From Candidatus Latescibacterota bacterium (GTDB taxonomy: Bacteria > Latescibacterota > UBA2968 > UBA8231), in assembly GCA_965215195.1 (NCBI GenBank), contig CBDCDC010000002.1:3712001-3776000 (forward strand): a stretch of DNA of 64,000 nt. The letters are read 5' to 3'. A program made the position numbers and the translations under genes. Each line of letters begins with the position of its first letter. The stretch's first letter is position 1. Shown here piece by piece: positions 46,987 through 55,889 of the stretch. Below the pieces are notes generated by a model. It ran no database searches and was not told where the DNA came from. It saw nothing but the letters and a program-made list of their open reading frames with translations.

Positions 46987-48267
46987 TCAAAGGCTCTGCG
47001 CCCTCTGCAGTGCTTCTTTGAGTCCCCGCCGGGCTTCCGCAAAGCCCGGTCGCAGGGTCAGGGCTTTCCTGTACGCGGTGATCGCCCGCTCGTACTGACC
47101 ATATTTTTCGTGTATGCGTCCCAATTTACAGTGCGCCGCCGCATCGCCGGGCATGTAGAGCAGAATTTTGCCGATGTGCTCTTTCTCTTTGTTGTACTGG
47201 CTCATCTTTTTGAACAAGTCCATCTCGCGCTGGGCTTGTGCTCCCATTCCCAATTTCACATAGGCCCGGCCCAAATTGTAGCGGGCATCGGCGTACTGGG
47301 GATCTAGGGAGATCGCCTTCTCGTAATAGGCCACAGCCTCTCGGTAGCGATTTTCCCGCGCCAGAAGCAACCCGATGCGGTAATGGGACTGTCGGTGGGA
47401 TGGGGCGAGGGAGATCGCCTTCTCGTACTGCGCCAGCGCCTGCTCCTCCTGTTTCATGCCCTCGTAGGTCAAGCCGAGTTGATAGTAGATATCGGGATTA
47501 TCCCGCTTGCCCTCGAGCGCCTTGCTGTAATAGTTGAGTGCCGCTTCATACTGGCCTTCTTCAGCATAGACGAGTCCGAGATTGTAGTAGGCTCTGCTCT
47601 GATGAGGATTCAACTGGAGCGAAATCTCGTACTCCGCTATAGCCTCCTTCGGCTTGCCCAAGGCGATGTAGGTCAGTGCTAGATTGTTGTGAGCTTGGAA
47701 CAGGTCCCGTCTGAGCTGGACGGCCCTTCTATACTCCTCCACCGCCTTGCGGTACTGGCCGATCTGCGCGTAGAAGGCACCCAAATTGTAGTGCATCACG
47801 GCGGAATTCGGGTCCAAGGCGAGAGCCTGTCTGTATATGGCTTCTGCCTTCTCCGTCCTAGCGCTCTCCGAGTAGATGATCCCCAGATTGTTGTAGGTAT
47901 CCACCACAGTCCGATCTAGGGAAAGAGCCTGCAGGAGGTAATACTCTGCCCGGGCCAAATCTCCCGTGGCTCTGTAGGCCATGCCCATACCGTTGTAGGC
48001 ATAGACAAAATCTGGATCGCGGTTGAGCGCCTTCTCATAGTAGTCAATTGCACGGCCCACCTGGCCGACGTGCAAGTGGGCGTTTCCCCGCTCGAATAGG
48101 GCCTTGGCGGCGGACCGATCGCTCGGGGGTACAGAGGCGAAAAAGTACAAACAGATCGCTCCGCTAAGGCCGGCACACGCCATTCCGATACCGAGCCATT
48201 TGATCCGGGCTGTGCTCTTTCCCGACACCGGATCTGCTTCCTTGCGTCTATTTCTACTCTGGCGCAA
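46987..48267 (-). CDS. Membrane-anchored TPR protein
   Basis: One TM, then about 10 canonical TPRs (AYNGMG, YNNLG, HYNLG, YYNLG); start uncertain. Confidence 0.9.
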   Translation of the reverse strand: MRQSRNRRKEADPVSGKSTARIKWLGIGMACAGLSGAICLYFFASVPPSDRSAAKALFERGNAHLHVGQVGRAIDYYEKALNRDPDFVYAYNGMGMAYRATGDLARAEYYLLQALSLDRTVVDTYNNLGIIYSESARTEKAEAIYRQALALDPNSAVMHYNLGAFYAQIGQYRKAVEEYRRAVQLRRDLFQAHNNLALTYIALGKPKEAIAEYEISLQLNPHQSRAYYNLGLVYAEEGQYEAALNYYSKALEGKRDNPDIYYQLGLTYEGMKQEEQALAQYEKAISLAPSHRQSHYRIGLLLARENRYREAVAYYEKAISLDPQYADARYNLGRAYVKLGMGAQAQREMDLFKKMSQYNKEKEHIGKILLYMPGDAAAHCKLGRIHEKYGQYERAITAYRKALTLRPGFAEARRGLKEALQRAQSL

Positions 48268-49579
48268 ATAGTCGCTCCGCCGTAAGGGATTCGGCCATTT
48301 TCCTATCTACTAGACAGATCAAGTCGTCCCCGCCCCTCTTGACATAGACCATATCTCCCTCTTCCTCACCGAGGGAAAGATCGCCGACAGTCTCCTCCCC
48401 GGCCCAGAGCCTGATTCTCATGCGCGGTGGATTGAGGCCACGATGGGGACCTTGAGTTAGGGTCGGGAATTTTTCGACTTTGAGCTTCTCCATGTTGAAC
48501 AGAATTGCTTCTAGCTCCACCGCGTTGATCGGCCGGTCTTGGGGAACTGCCAGCCAAACGGCACTGTCCCGCACGCAAAGTATGGAGCTATCCCTATAGG
48601 CGAACTCGACGCGGTTGACCTCTTGGCGGGTAAAGTCGAACAGTTTTCTAAATTGCAACTCGGAACTCGCCCGATGTAGCTGATGTACAAAAGACGAATC
48701 AAGTGTGAACACAGGATTCCTTGACAGATCGCTGGCGTAGTAGGTCCCTTCCTTGTCAGAGCCGACCCACAAACGATGGACCTCATCGTCCCCCACCGAA
48801 ACTTCGACGCGCAGCGCCGGTGGATTCAAGCCGTATGGCCTCAAGCTATTGGGCGCATCGTCGACAAATTCTTCGACGGGTGAGGCCAAGCCCTGGAGAA
48901 TGGATTCTATCGCTTCTCCAGCGCCTCGCGCCTCTGTCGGGAGCGTCACCTGCCACTCTTCACCGCTCTTTGTTACTTCGACGGTGTCCCCCTGACTTTC
49001 AATTCTCAATTTCGTCGCCAGCGCCCTCTTGAATTTGAGCGTAGTCTTATTTCTCAGTTCGCTCCATTGCTTATCTACTCCGGTGCGACGGTACAATTCG
49101 ACCATACCGATGCGGTCCTCAGAATCCTTCTTGACATAGACATACCGTCCAGATGGATTCTCATTCCCGAACAGGACCGTGTCTAGAAGGCGTCCCCCGA
49201 CGTGAAGACTCACTTTCACATGCGGAGAATCCAAGCCGTACTTTTTGAATGCTTCTTCTGTTGATTCACCGTCCAAGACGAGAAACCGCGTCAGTCGTGC
49301 CCGCTCGAGATTGGCCAAGACAGCTTGGATGGCCCCTCGATGTGCATCAACCGTTACGGGTTCGATGATCTGCCAATCTTCCCCGACCTTTCGGCACACC
49401 ACTCTACCGCTCGCATTCTCTATGCTAAGTTCGTCCACCGCATCCTTGTCAAAGGTTAGTAATTCCCTAGAGTGATACTCTTCTCCCTCTTTTTCGTCTT
49501 CCTTTCTATCGACGTAGAGCACTGCGATAAGAAGGGTAGCAAAAAATAGGCTTATCAAAATGACTGTTTTCAGTTTCAT
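48254..49579 (-). CDS. DUF4340 domain protein
   Basis: N-terminal TM; three repeats with W.I..P, YGL..P, L..G....YV, LR.K.L..F. Confidence 0.8.
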   Translation of the reverse strand: MKLKTVILISLFFATLLIAVLYVDRKEDEKEGEEYHSRELLTFDKDAVDELSIENASGRVVCRKVGEDWQIIEPVTVDAHRGAIQAVLANLERARLTRFLVLDGESTEEAFKKYGLDSPHVKVSLHVGGRLLDTVLFGNENPSGRYVYVKKDSEDRIGMVELYRRTGVDKQWSELRNKTTLKFKRALATKLRIESQGDTVEVTKSGEEWQVTLPTEARGAGEAIESILQGLASPVEEFVDDAPNSLRPYGLNPPALRVEVSVGDDEVHRLWVGSDKEGTYYASDLSRNPVFTLDSSFVHQLHRASSELQFRKLFDFTRQEVNRVEFAYRDSSILCVRDSAVWLAVPQDRPINAVELEAILFNMEKLKVEKFPTLTQGPHRGLNPPRMRIRLWAGEETVGDLSLGEEEGDMVYVKRGGDDLICLVDRKMAESLTAERLFAPE

Positions 49580-49674
49580 TACCGCTCTTGCGTTACGAGT
49601 GTTTAGAGTATCTGAACTACTGATTGGAGCAGAGGCCCTTGAGGAAACACTAGTGGCTGATTTGAGGTGTTCTT

Positions 49675-49721
49675 ATTATAATGCAACAACTTGGCTCAGC
49701 AAACTATTTTTTGTGTATAAT
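49675..49721. promoter_or_regulatory. Promoters for the divergent DUF4340 operon and transglutaminase-like gene
   Basis: Minus strand TTGCTG-16 nt-TATAAT (49702-49675); plus strand TATAAT at 49716-49721. Confidence 0.55.
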
Positions 49722-49789
49722 TCAGGTTGGAATTGGGGTGTCCTAAAGCCGCCTAGGTGGCCAAAGTCGAGTCAGAGGAGTGTGCAAAT

Positions 49790-51916
49790 ATGCCGCTAGA
49801 TAGAAATCTCCATTTTGCGCTCGAGGCCGCCGCGCTCGAAGCGCGAGGTCAGTTCAACCAACTCCAGTACTGCGAGTTGAAAAAGGCTATTGTCCTCGAT
49901 GATATGCTCCTAGTCGAAGACGATGCGCCGGCCATCGGCTGCCCCCAAGGCGCTGAGGACCGGTCGTGGTTCGAAAAATTGCGAGAAGGGGTGATGATCC
50001 GCAAAGATCTGGTCCTTGATGATCCGCGCGCCTTAGCCGCCTACCTGATCTTCAACGGACGGGAAATGGATGACAACGACCATGCACTCCACATCTCTGT
50101 CAACGGTCACTACTTGATCCGACCTCCGAGCAAGATAGCCCACCCCTCTGCTCGGCACTACTACACCAGCGACTGGGGAGGCTCGCACTTCGACAACTGG
50201 TTCGTGGTAGCCGTGCCGGTGGGTGCCCTGCGGCAGGGGGTCAATGAGTTCGTCCTGTGGGCCGAATCGGAGGAGACCAGTTGGGAAATCATGGTGGCCG
50301 CCGATGAAGAATATAAGCGTGGCTCTGAAACGCGGCTCTGCCACCCTAATCGCAGTGCCAAGAGTCGAGACGGAGGCCATAGTTGGGATTTTGAGCACCT
50401 CGGCTGGAAAGATGAAATCGACGGGGAGTACGCCATCCGTCTCAGTCTGGATCGCAGCGTACCACAGGGCACCTTTGTCTCGTCGGTGATCGACTTGGCT
50501 ACCGGAGGGGAGATCAGAAGAATCGAGAGATCGCTCGACGTGGAAGAGTGCCGGGTAAGCTGGGAGGTGGACCGGCCCGAGGGAAGCGAGGTGGGAATAG
50601 AGGCCCGTCTGGGCGATAATCCAGTGCCGACAGCCGCTTCGTGGTCCCCCTTCGAGCCCGTAGCAAACTTCTCCAAGACATGGTACTCTCCCGCCGGACG
50701 CTACCTGCAGTTCAAGATTGTCATGTACGCCCATAATCCGCTGGTGACGCCGATGTTCAAAGGCATTTCCGTGGAAGCGAAGTACCGCGAGCACAAGTGC
50801 CGCTCCAATAGATTTTATCGCCTGCTCCAATTCCGCAACGGCTGCGTCATTCGCCCATCCCTACCCTACGTTCACGAAGATTTTGCCTGCTTGAACGAAC
50901 TGCGCCACCGCTTTGAATTGGACGCGATGGTCTCAGACGCAGCGACTGAGTTTGAAGCCCAACTGCAACTCATGCACTGGGCCTACAAAGTACCGCTCGG
51001 TCGCCTAGACGCCTACCAATGGAATTACTTTGATCTGCCTCGACTCGATGGGGATGCGAGTGGACGCCCTCGCCTGCTAGGCACCTACCAGAATCGCCGG
51101 CGCGATGGCCACTGCCTCTACTGCAACCTGACCCTAATTGCCGCCTGTCTGGCCATGGGCTTTCCGGCTCGCTGGGTCAACATCTCCACTAAGCACACCT
51201 ACGGGCACGAGGTGGCCGAAGTATGGTCCAACGAGCTCGACAAGTGGATATTCCTCGATGCGACGCGCGATTACTACATTTACGACCCCGACACGGGCAT
51301 TCCCTTGAGTCTAGTGGAAATAAGCGGGCGCTTGGCCGAAATCATGCCGGGACCGGCGACTTGGGAATATCCCATCCAGTGGCACCTGCCGGACCTCGAA
51401 ATGCTCCGGGCCGCTCGCGTTGCCTACCGCCAAGGCGACAGTGCTTTCTCGATTGACGACCTGAGCGGAGGGCCGGAGCACTTGATGCTCAAAGGACACT
51501 TGCAACTAGTGCGGCGCAATGACTTTGTCAGCCGGCCTTGGCCGCTACCGTGGCGTCTCTCCAGCAATTGGGGAAGTGATCTCTTTTATTGTTTCTATAG
51601 CGATGTGTTCCCCCGCAAACGCGAATACCACCAACACACCAAGCGCTGGCAGGATTTCAGTCCTCCACTCAACCAGACGGAACTCTTCTTAAGCGAAACC
51701 GCCGAGCCGGATGTCCTGCGCGTGGATGTGGATACCGAGACGCCCTGCTTTGACGCATTTCTGGTGCAGATCGACAGAGCCGAATGGAGCGAACAAACAA
51801 ACCCCTCGCTGGAGTGGAGACTACACGAAGGCCTGAACCAACTGCGGCTCAAGGTGCGCAACAGCGCAGGGGTTTGCGGCCCGGAGAGCCATGCGGCGGT
51901 AGTGATGAACACTTGA
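49790..51916 (+). CDS. Transglutaminase-like (Cys-His-Asp) domain protein with N-terminal beta-sandwich domains
   Basis: GHCLYCN..LI....AMGFPAR, HEVAEVWSNELDKWIFLD; GAGGAG RBS. Confidence 0.8.
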   Translation: MPLDRNLHFALEAAALEARGQFNQLQYCELKKAIVLDDMLLVEDDAPAIGCPQGAEDRSWFEKLREGVMIRKDLVLDDPRALAAYLIFNGREMDDNDHALHISVNGHYLIRPPSKIAHPSARHYYTSDWGGSHFDNWFVVAVPVGALRQGVNEFVLWAESEETSWEIMVAADEEYKRGSETRLCHPNRSAKSRDGGHSWDFEHLGWKDEIDGEYAIRLSLDRSVPQGTFVSSVIDLATGGEIRRIERSLDVEECRVSWEVDRPEGSEVGIEARLGDNPVPTAASWSPFEPVANFSKTWYSPAGRYLQFKIVMYAHNPLVTPMFKGISVEAKYREHKCRSNRFYRLLQFRNGCVIRPSLPYVHEDFACLNELRHRFELDAMVSDAATEFEAQLQLMHWAYKVPLGRLDAYQWNYFDLPRLDGDASGRPRLLGTYQNRRRDGHCLYCNLTLIAACLAMGFPARWVNISTKHTYGHEVAEVWSNELDKWIFLDATRDYYIYDPDTGIPLSLVEISGRLAEIMPGPATWEYPIQWHLPDLEMLRAARVAYRQGDSAFSIDDLSGGPEHLMLKGHLQLVRRNDFVSRPWPLPWRLSSNWGSDLFYCFYSDVFPRKREYHQHTKRWQDFSPPLNQTELFLSETAEPDVLRVDVDTETPCFDAFLVQIDRAEWSEQTNPSLEWRLHEGLNQLRLKVRNSAGVCGPESHAAVVMNT

Positions 51917-51945
51917 TTGGCTGCAAGCGCAGGTCAATAAAGGAA

Positions 51946-53442
51946 TCAGCCCTTCAGCCGGTCAAAGAGTGCTGCGACTTCTCGCTCCTTCTCCGCTGAG
52001 CGCTTGCTCGCGAATCCCTCCGCAAAGTAGATCAGGAAGCTGACGATCAACTCGGCAGCCAGATTGATGGTAAAATTGTCGGGATAGATCGAATTGAAGA
52101 GAGCGTAGGTCAGCAAACCGCCGATCAGGGAGAGAATGGCACCTCGGGCTGTAGTCCGTTTCCAGATTAGACCGAACATAAGTGGGATGGCTATTGGGGG
52201 TAGAACGGCGCTGAACATTTTGATGGTCTTTTCAAAGACCTTGCCTATCCCCTCGCTTTCGGCGATCCAGATAGCTGTAATCAGCACCGCCATCCCAAAG
52301 GCAACCGTGGCGATCATTCCGGTCCTGAAGAGCGTTTGGCCGCTTGCTTGGCGGTTGAAATTGCGCTGGTAGATATCTTTGGTGAAGACCGCGGCCAGTG
52401 AATTGATATCGCTGTCGATCATGGACATCGTCGCCGCGAACATCGAACAAATGAGTAACCCAATCAGCCCTGGAGCCAGATCAGTCAGCACCTGACGAGC
52501 CAAGAGGACATAGGTCTGATCCGGATCGAACCCTTCGCGCGGCAACAATGAACTAGGGTCGAAATAGTCCGGCATCATCAGGGGTGCGGCCCAAGCCGGC
52601 ACGAAGATTACAATCGGATAAAGAAGGTACAAGAAACCGGAAAGCAGGGCCGCCTTCTGGGTATCCTTCGATTGCCCGACTGAGATAAAGCGTTGCGCCA
52701 GTCCCCAAGTACCACCGCTGTAGCTGAGTATCGTGACGATCAACAGAACCAGCCAGAAATCAAACCCAATACCCGCTTCTGCATTGAATAGCACCGCACG
52801 CTCTGCCGGCAACTGAGCCCACAGCGAATCCCATCCGCCGACGTATTCAAGCACTACGACCACGATGAGGATGCTGAGGACGAATTGAATGAAAAACTGA
52901 ATCACATCGGTCAGGACCGTAGCCCACAAACCGCCGACCAGAACATACACAATGGTGACTAGACCACCCACGGCGATAATGTGCAGCAAATCCCAACCGG
53001 TACAAACTTGGACCACGATCGAGATGGCGTAGAGCTTAATCCCGAGATCGACGAATTTAACTCCAATCCCTGCTAGTGCTACCAGTAGCCGCACAGAGTT
53101 GCCGTAGCGCGCTTCCAAGTATTCTACCGGGGTTAAGACTTTGAGGCGGGACCATCGCGGCGCCCAGGCTAGGGCGGCGATCATCATGGCGATAAAACAC
53201 GAGAGCGAAAACAGGGTCCACATGCTGAACCCGGCACTGCTGGCACGGCCGGCAAAGCCGACAAAGAGTACCGCGCTGTAGCCTGAAACATGGTGCGATA
53301 TCGCCGCCATCCACCAAGGCAGGAGATGGCCGGCCGCAAAGTACTCATCGACATTGGCCGCCTTCTTCCGCGCCACCAGACCCATCCAAGTCATCACGAC
53401 GACATAGATGGCGATGACAGCGCAATCGGTAGCAGTCAGCAC
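51946..53442 (-). CDS. Sodium:solute symporter (SSS) family permease
   Basis: EYFAAG..LPWW, TP.EYLE.RY, GGL.A.V.TD.IQF, AQRF, AATMS..DS.IN. Confidence 0.93.
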   Translation of the reverse strand: MLTATDCAVIAIYVVVMTWMGLVARKKAANVDEYFAAGHLLPWWMAAISHHVSGYSAVLFVGFAGRASSAGFSMWTLFSLSCFIAMMIAALAWAPRWSRLKVLTPVEYLEARYGNSVRLLVALAGIGVKFVDLGIKLYAISIVVQVCTGWDLLHIIAVGGLVTIVYVLVGGLWATVLTDVIQFFIQFVLSILIVVVVLEYVGGWDSLWAQLPAERAVLFNAEAGIGFDFWLVLLIVTILSYSGGTWGLAQRFISVGQSKDTQKAALLSGFLYLLYPIVIFVPAWAAPLMMPDYFDPSSLLPREGFDPDQTYVLLARQVLTDLAPGLIGLLICSMFAATMSMIDSDINSLAAVFTKDIYQRNFNRQASGQTLFRTGMIATVAFGMAVLITAIWIAESEGIGKVFEKTIKMFSAVLPPIAIPLMFGLIWKRTTARGAILSLIGGLLTYALFNSIYPDNFTINLAAELIVSFLIYFAEGFASKRSAEKEREVAALFDRLKG

Positions 53443-53512
53443 AATACTTCCTCTTTGGCCCTTCTCAAATTTTCAGCCGAGCAGAGGTAGGCTTTAAGAA
53501 GAAACTTACTCG

Positions 53513-53615
53513 CTGACGTTACGCAGTTTTCCAGAAAATTCTCAATTTCACCCCAATATCTTGGATCAACAGGCTTCGATAAACCACAAGATAGAGAGCG
53601 ACTGCGTAACGTCAG
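53513..53615. mobile_element. MITE (103 bp) with perfect 15-bp TIRs and 7-bp target-site duplication
   Basis: CTGACGTTACGCAGT (53513-53527) / ACTGCGTAACGTCAG (53601-53615); TTACTCG on both flanks (53506-53512 and 53616-53622). Confidence 0.9.
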
Positions 53616-54866
53616 TTACTCGGTGAGTTCAGTGTAGAAATCAATCTGCTGCTGCGCGATAGAACCCTCTTGGGTGAGGGCGAAAACCACCAGATTGACC
53701 CCCATCCTTAGCTGAGGCTCATTCTCGAATTCATCCTGCCAGATGCTCCCATAGCCCATATCCGAGTAAACCGCCACCAAGCGCCCATTCAAGAAAACTC
53801 CTTCGAGGAACTGTGCCTGATCGGGCTGATAGTAAACATCTGTCTGCTCGGCCGAGTTGTAGTAGAAAATGTCGGGGTTACCCCTGACGCTCAGGTATTC
53901 TCCCCCGACCGGAGGTCCATCTAGGTCGAAATAACTGTGGTAAATCGGGTGACTGTTGGGAATGCGCTGTAGCTTGCCATCTTTGCCCAAAGCCAAGCTG
54001 AACATCTTTCTCAACGAAGCTTCCGCTGGCCCAAAGTTGAGATCCGGCCGGTCATTGTCGGCAAAAACAAATCCTCCGTTTCGCATGTACCATCCCAGAT
54101 TTTCGATTTCTCTATCCGTCAGTTCAAAACCGTCTTTGTCCGTGATATATACAAAAGGCGTCTTGAACAGTTCGGGGGAGTCCAAGAACATGTGGTCCGC
54201 CACTTTGGCTTGGATGCCGGTATAAGAGTTAATGCCATCTGCCAGCCGCGAAACCGAGCGGGGCGCGTCGGGTTGGAGGTCGTTGGCCCAAGCGAGGGCC
54301 AAATAGACGAAGCCCTTGATATTCCTCCGATCATTTGGATCTTGGATTACCATGCCCCGATACTTACCCGTATCGAGCGCGTTCAGATCGAGAAACTCCT
54401 CCTGCATACTGATCCGCTTCTCCGGGTCCTTTGAACTCTTGATCTGCATTGAGGGCATCTGCGGCGTGATAGTGCCAGTACCCACGCTGGTCCCGGCATC
54501 AATTCCGCGATCGAAGACAGCTACATTGCCCAATACATCCATCCGACGCACCGGACGCGGGGGCGTATGGGTCAGTTTCGGCTTCGAGGCCGTTAGCTTT
54601 CGGGTCATCACCCTCTTTTGCACCAAGGTCTTTCTCATGCGGAAGGGCTTCTTGGCCATCGGCTTGCGAATTATGAACTCCGTTGCAAGGGGCTTGGGCA
54701 CGGGCTTTTCTTTTTTTATTCCCACTAGGTAGGCCAAAGATGAGGCCATTATGAGCAACGCTAGAGCGTACGCAGCGTAGGATATCCTGCGGTTATCTCG
54801 ATAGAGTCTCCTTAGAGCTATCGCATCCGCTGGAGCCCTAAAACGATCTGGAGTAGATTTTCGCAC
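53616..54866 (-). CDS. DUF4159 domain protein with N-terminal TM and Lys/Pro-rich linker
   Basis: PFVYIT, LT..E..NL..Y..NGGF.FAD, IPNSHPIYHSYFD, GRLVAVYS, MGVNLVVFALT. Confidence 0.85.
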   Translation of the reverse strand: MRKSTPDRFRAPADAIALRRLYRDNRRISYAAYALALLIMASSLAYLVGIKKEKPVPKPLATEFIIRKPMAKKPFRMRKTLVQKRVMTRKLTASKPKLTHTPPRPVRRMDVLGNVAVFDRGIDAGTSVGTGTITPQMPSMQIKSSKDPEKRISMQEEFLDLNALDTGKYRGMVIQDPNDRRNIKGFVYLALAWANDLQPDAPRSVSRLADGINSYTGIQAKVADHMFLDSPELFKTPFVYITDKDGFELTDREIENLGWYMRNGGFVFADNDRPDLNFGPAEASLRKMFSLALGKDGKLQRIPNSHPIYHSYFDLDGPPVGGEYLSVRGNPDIFYYNSAEQTDVYYQPDQAQFLEGVFLNGRLVAVYSDMGYGSIWQDEFENEPQLRMGVNLVVFALTQEGSIAQQQIDFYTELTE

Positions 54867-54910
54867 CTGTATTCAGTCCTAAGTGAGTTCCGCCACAAAG
54901 CCCATATTCG

Positions 54911-55282
54911 TTACTGCGGAATAAACACGGTGTCCACATTCGACTTCTGCCCGGCGAAGTTGGTTTTATCCACGGCTTGGACTTGGAAGGTATAGAAAGA
55001 GTCAATCGAGGTAAATTCAACCGCATAGGACTGCCTGTCCCCGGGAGCAGTGTATTGACGCTCCACCCCCGACGTGCCTTCAGTTACCGTGACTATATAG
55101 TAAAAGACGGCCGCGTTGCTCATGTTCCATCTCAGAATCACATCGTCCCCTTCAAGGGATGCTTCCAAGTCTTGGGGGCTCCCAATCCGATTGTCGTGAA
55201 ACTTGGACGGCAAGCTATGATCTTTGCTGCAGTGCAGGATGCCGAAGATCAGCAACGCGCAAAAAAGCAAGGCTCTACCCAT
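54911..55282 (-). CDS. Fibronectin type III domain lipoprotein
   Basis: Lipobox-like GILHC; PQDL.A, L.W, Y.V, YTFQVQAVD...G..S. Confidence 0.8.
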   Translation of the reverse strand: MGRALLFCALLIFGILHCSKDHSLPSKFHDNRIGSPQDLEASLEGDDVILRWNMSNAAVFYYIVTVTEGTSGVERQYTAPGDRQSYAVEFTSIDSFYTFQVQAVDKTNFAGQKSNVDTVFIPQ

Positions 55283-55304
55283 TGACGAACTCCCTCTAAA
55301 AGGT

Positions 55305-55847
55305 TCAGAAACTTCCCGTCATCACCAACTTGGGCGGCACATCCCCCAGCCCCGGCATGGCCCTCAAGTTCCATCGAGCCACAGCGGATACTTTGGGAGA
55401 ATCATATAAGAGGATATCGGTCAGGCTATAAATATACATCCCCACAGCTACCGCACCAAAGACTCTGCGCGTCAGATGCAGATCGTCCAACTCATCATTG
55501 GTTTTATGCAGCTCGTCCCACTTTTGCTGGGCGAGATCGTAGCGGCTGTTCCCAGTCGCCATCACTTCGTATTCGTCTTTCAGCCGGTGGAAATTGTCGC
55601 GGCGGGTATTATAGTTTTCGTTTGCTATTAGCGCCACGGCCAAAGAGCTAACCTCGCCGATCAGCATGAACGTTCCCTTTATCTTCTGGCCGGTGGCGAG
55701 TTGTCCCAGCCCCGGGAAGAGAGCTGACAGGACAACCGCCTTCTTTTTAGTGGCGATCTGCCTAGTTGCAAAGACATCGTCTTGGCTTTGCGCCCAGCCG
55801 GGAGATACTACGCTGAGAAGTGTTATTACTAAAATAAACTGCTTCAT
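55305..55847 (-). CDS. DUF5683-like envelope protein
   Basis: Signal peptide; KAVVLSALFPGLGQL..GQ..KG, Y.Y...D, terminal Phe. Confidence 0.7.
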   Translation of the reverse strand: MKQFILVITLLSVVSPGWAQSQDDVFATRQIATKKKAVVLSALFPGLGQLATGQKIKGTFMLIGEVSSLAVALIANENYNTRRDNFHRLKDEYEVMATGNSRYDLAQQKWDELHKTNDELDDLHLTRRVFGAVAVGMYIYSLTDILLYDSPKVSAVARWNLRAMPGLGDVPPKLVMTGSF

Positions 55848-55889
55848 CGCAATTACCTTTTGTTGGGTTCGCTCGAGTGTGCGCCTGCT

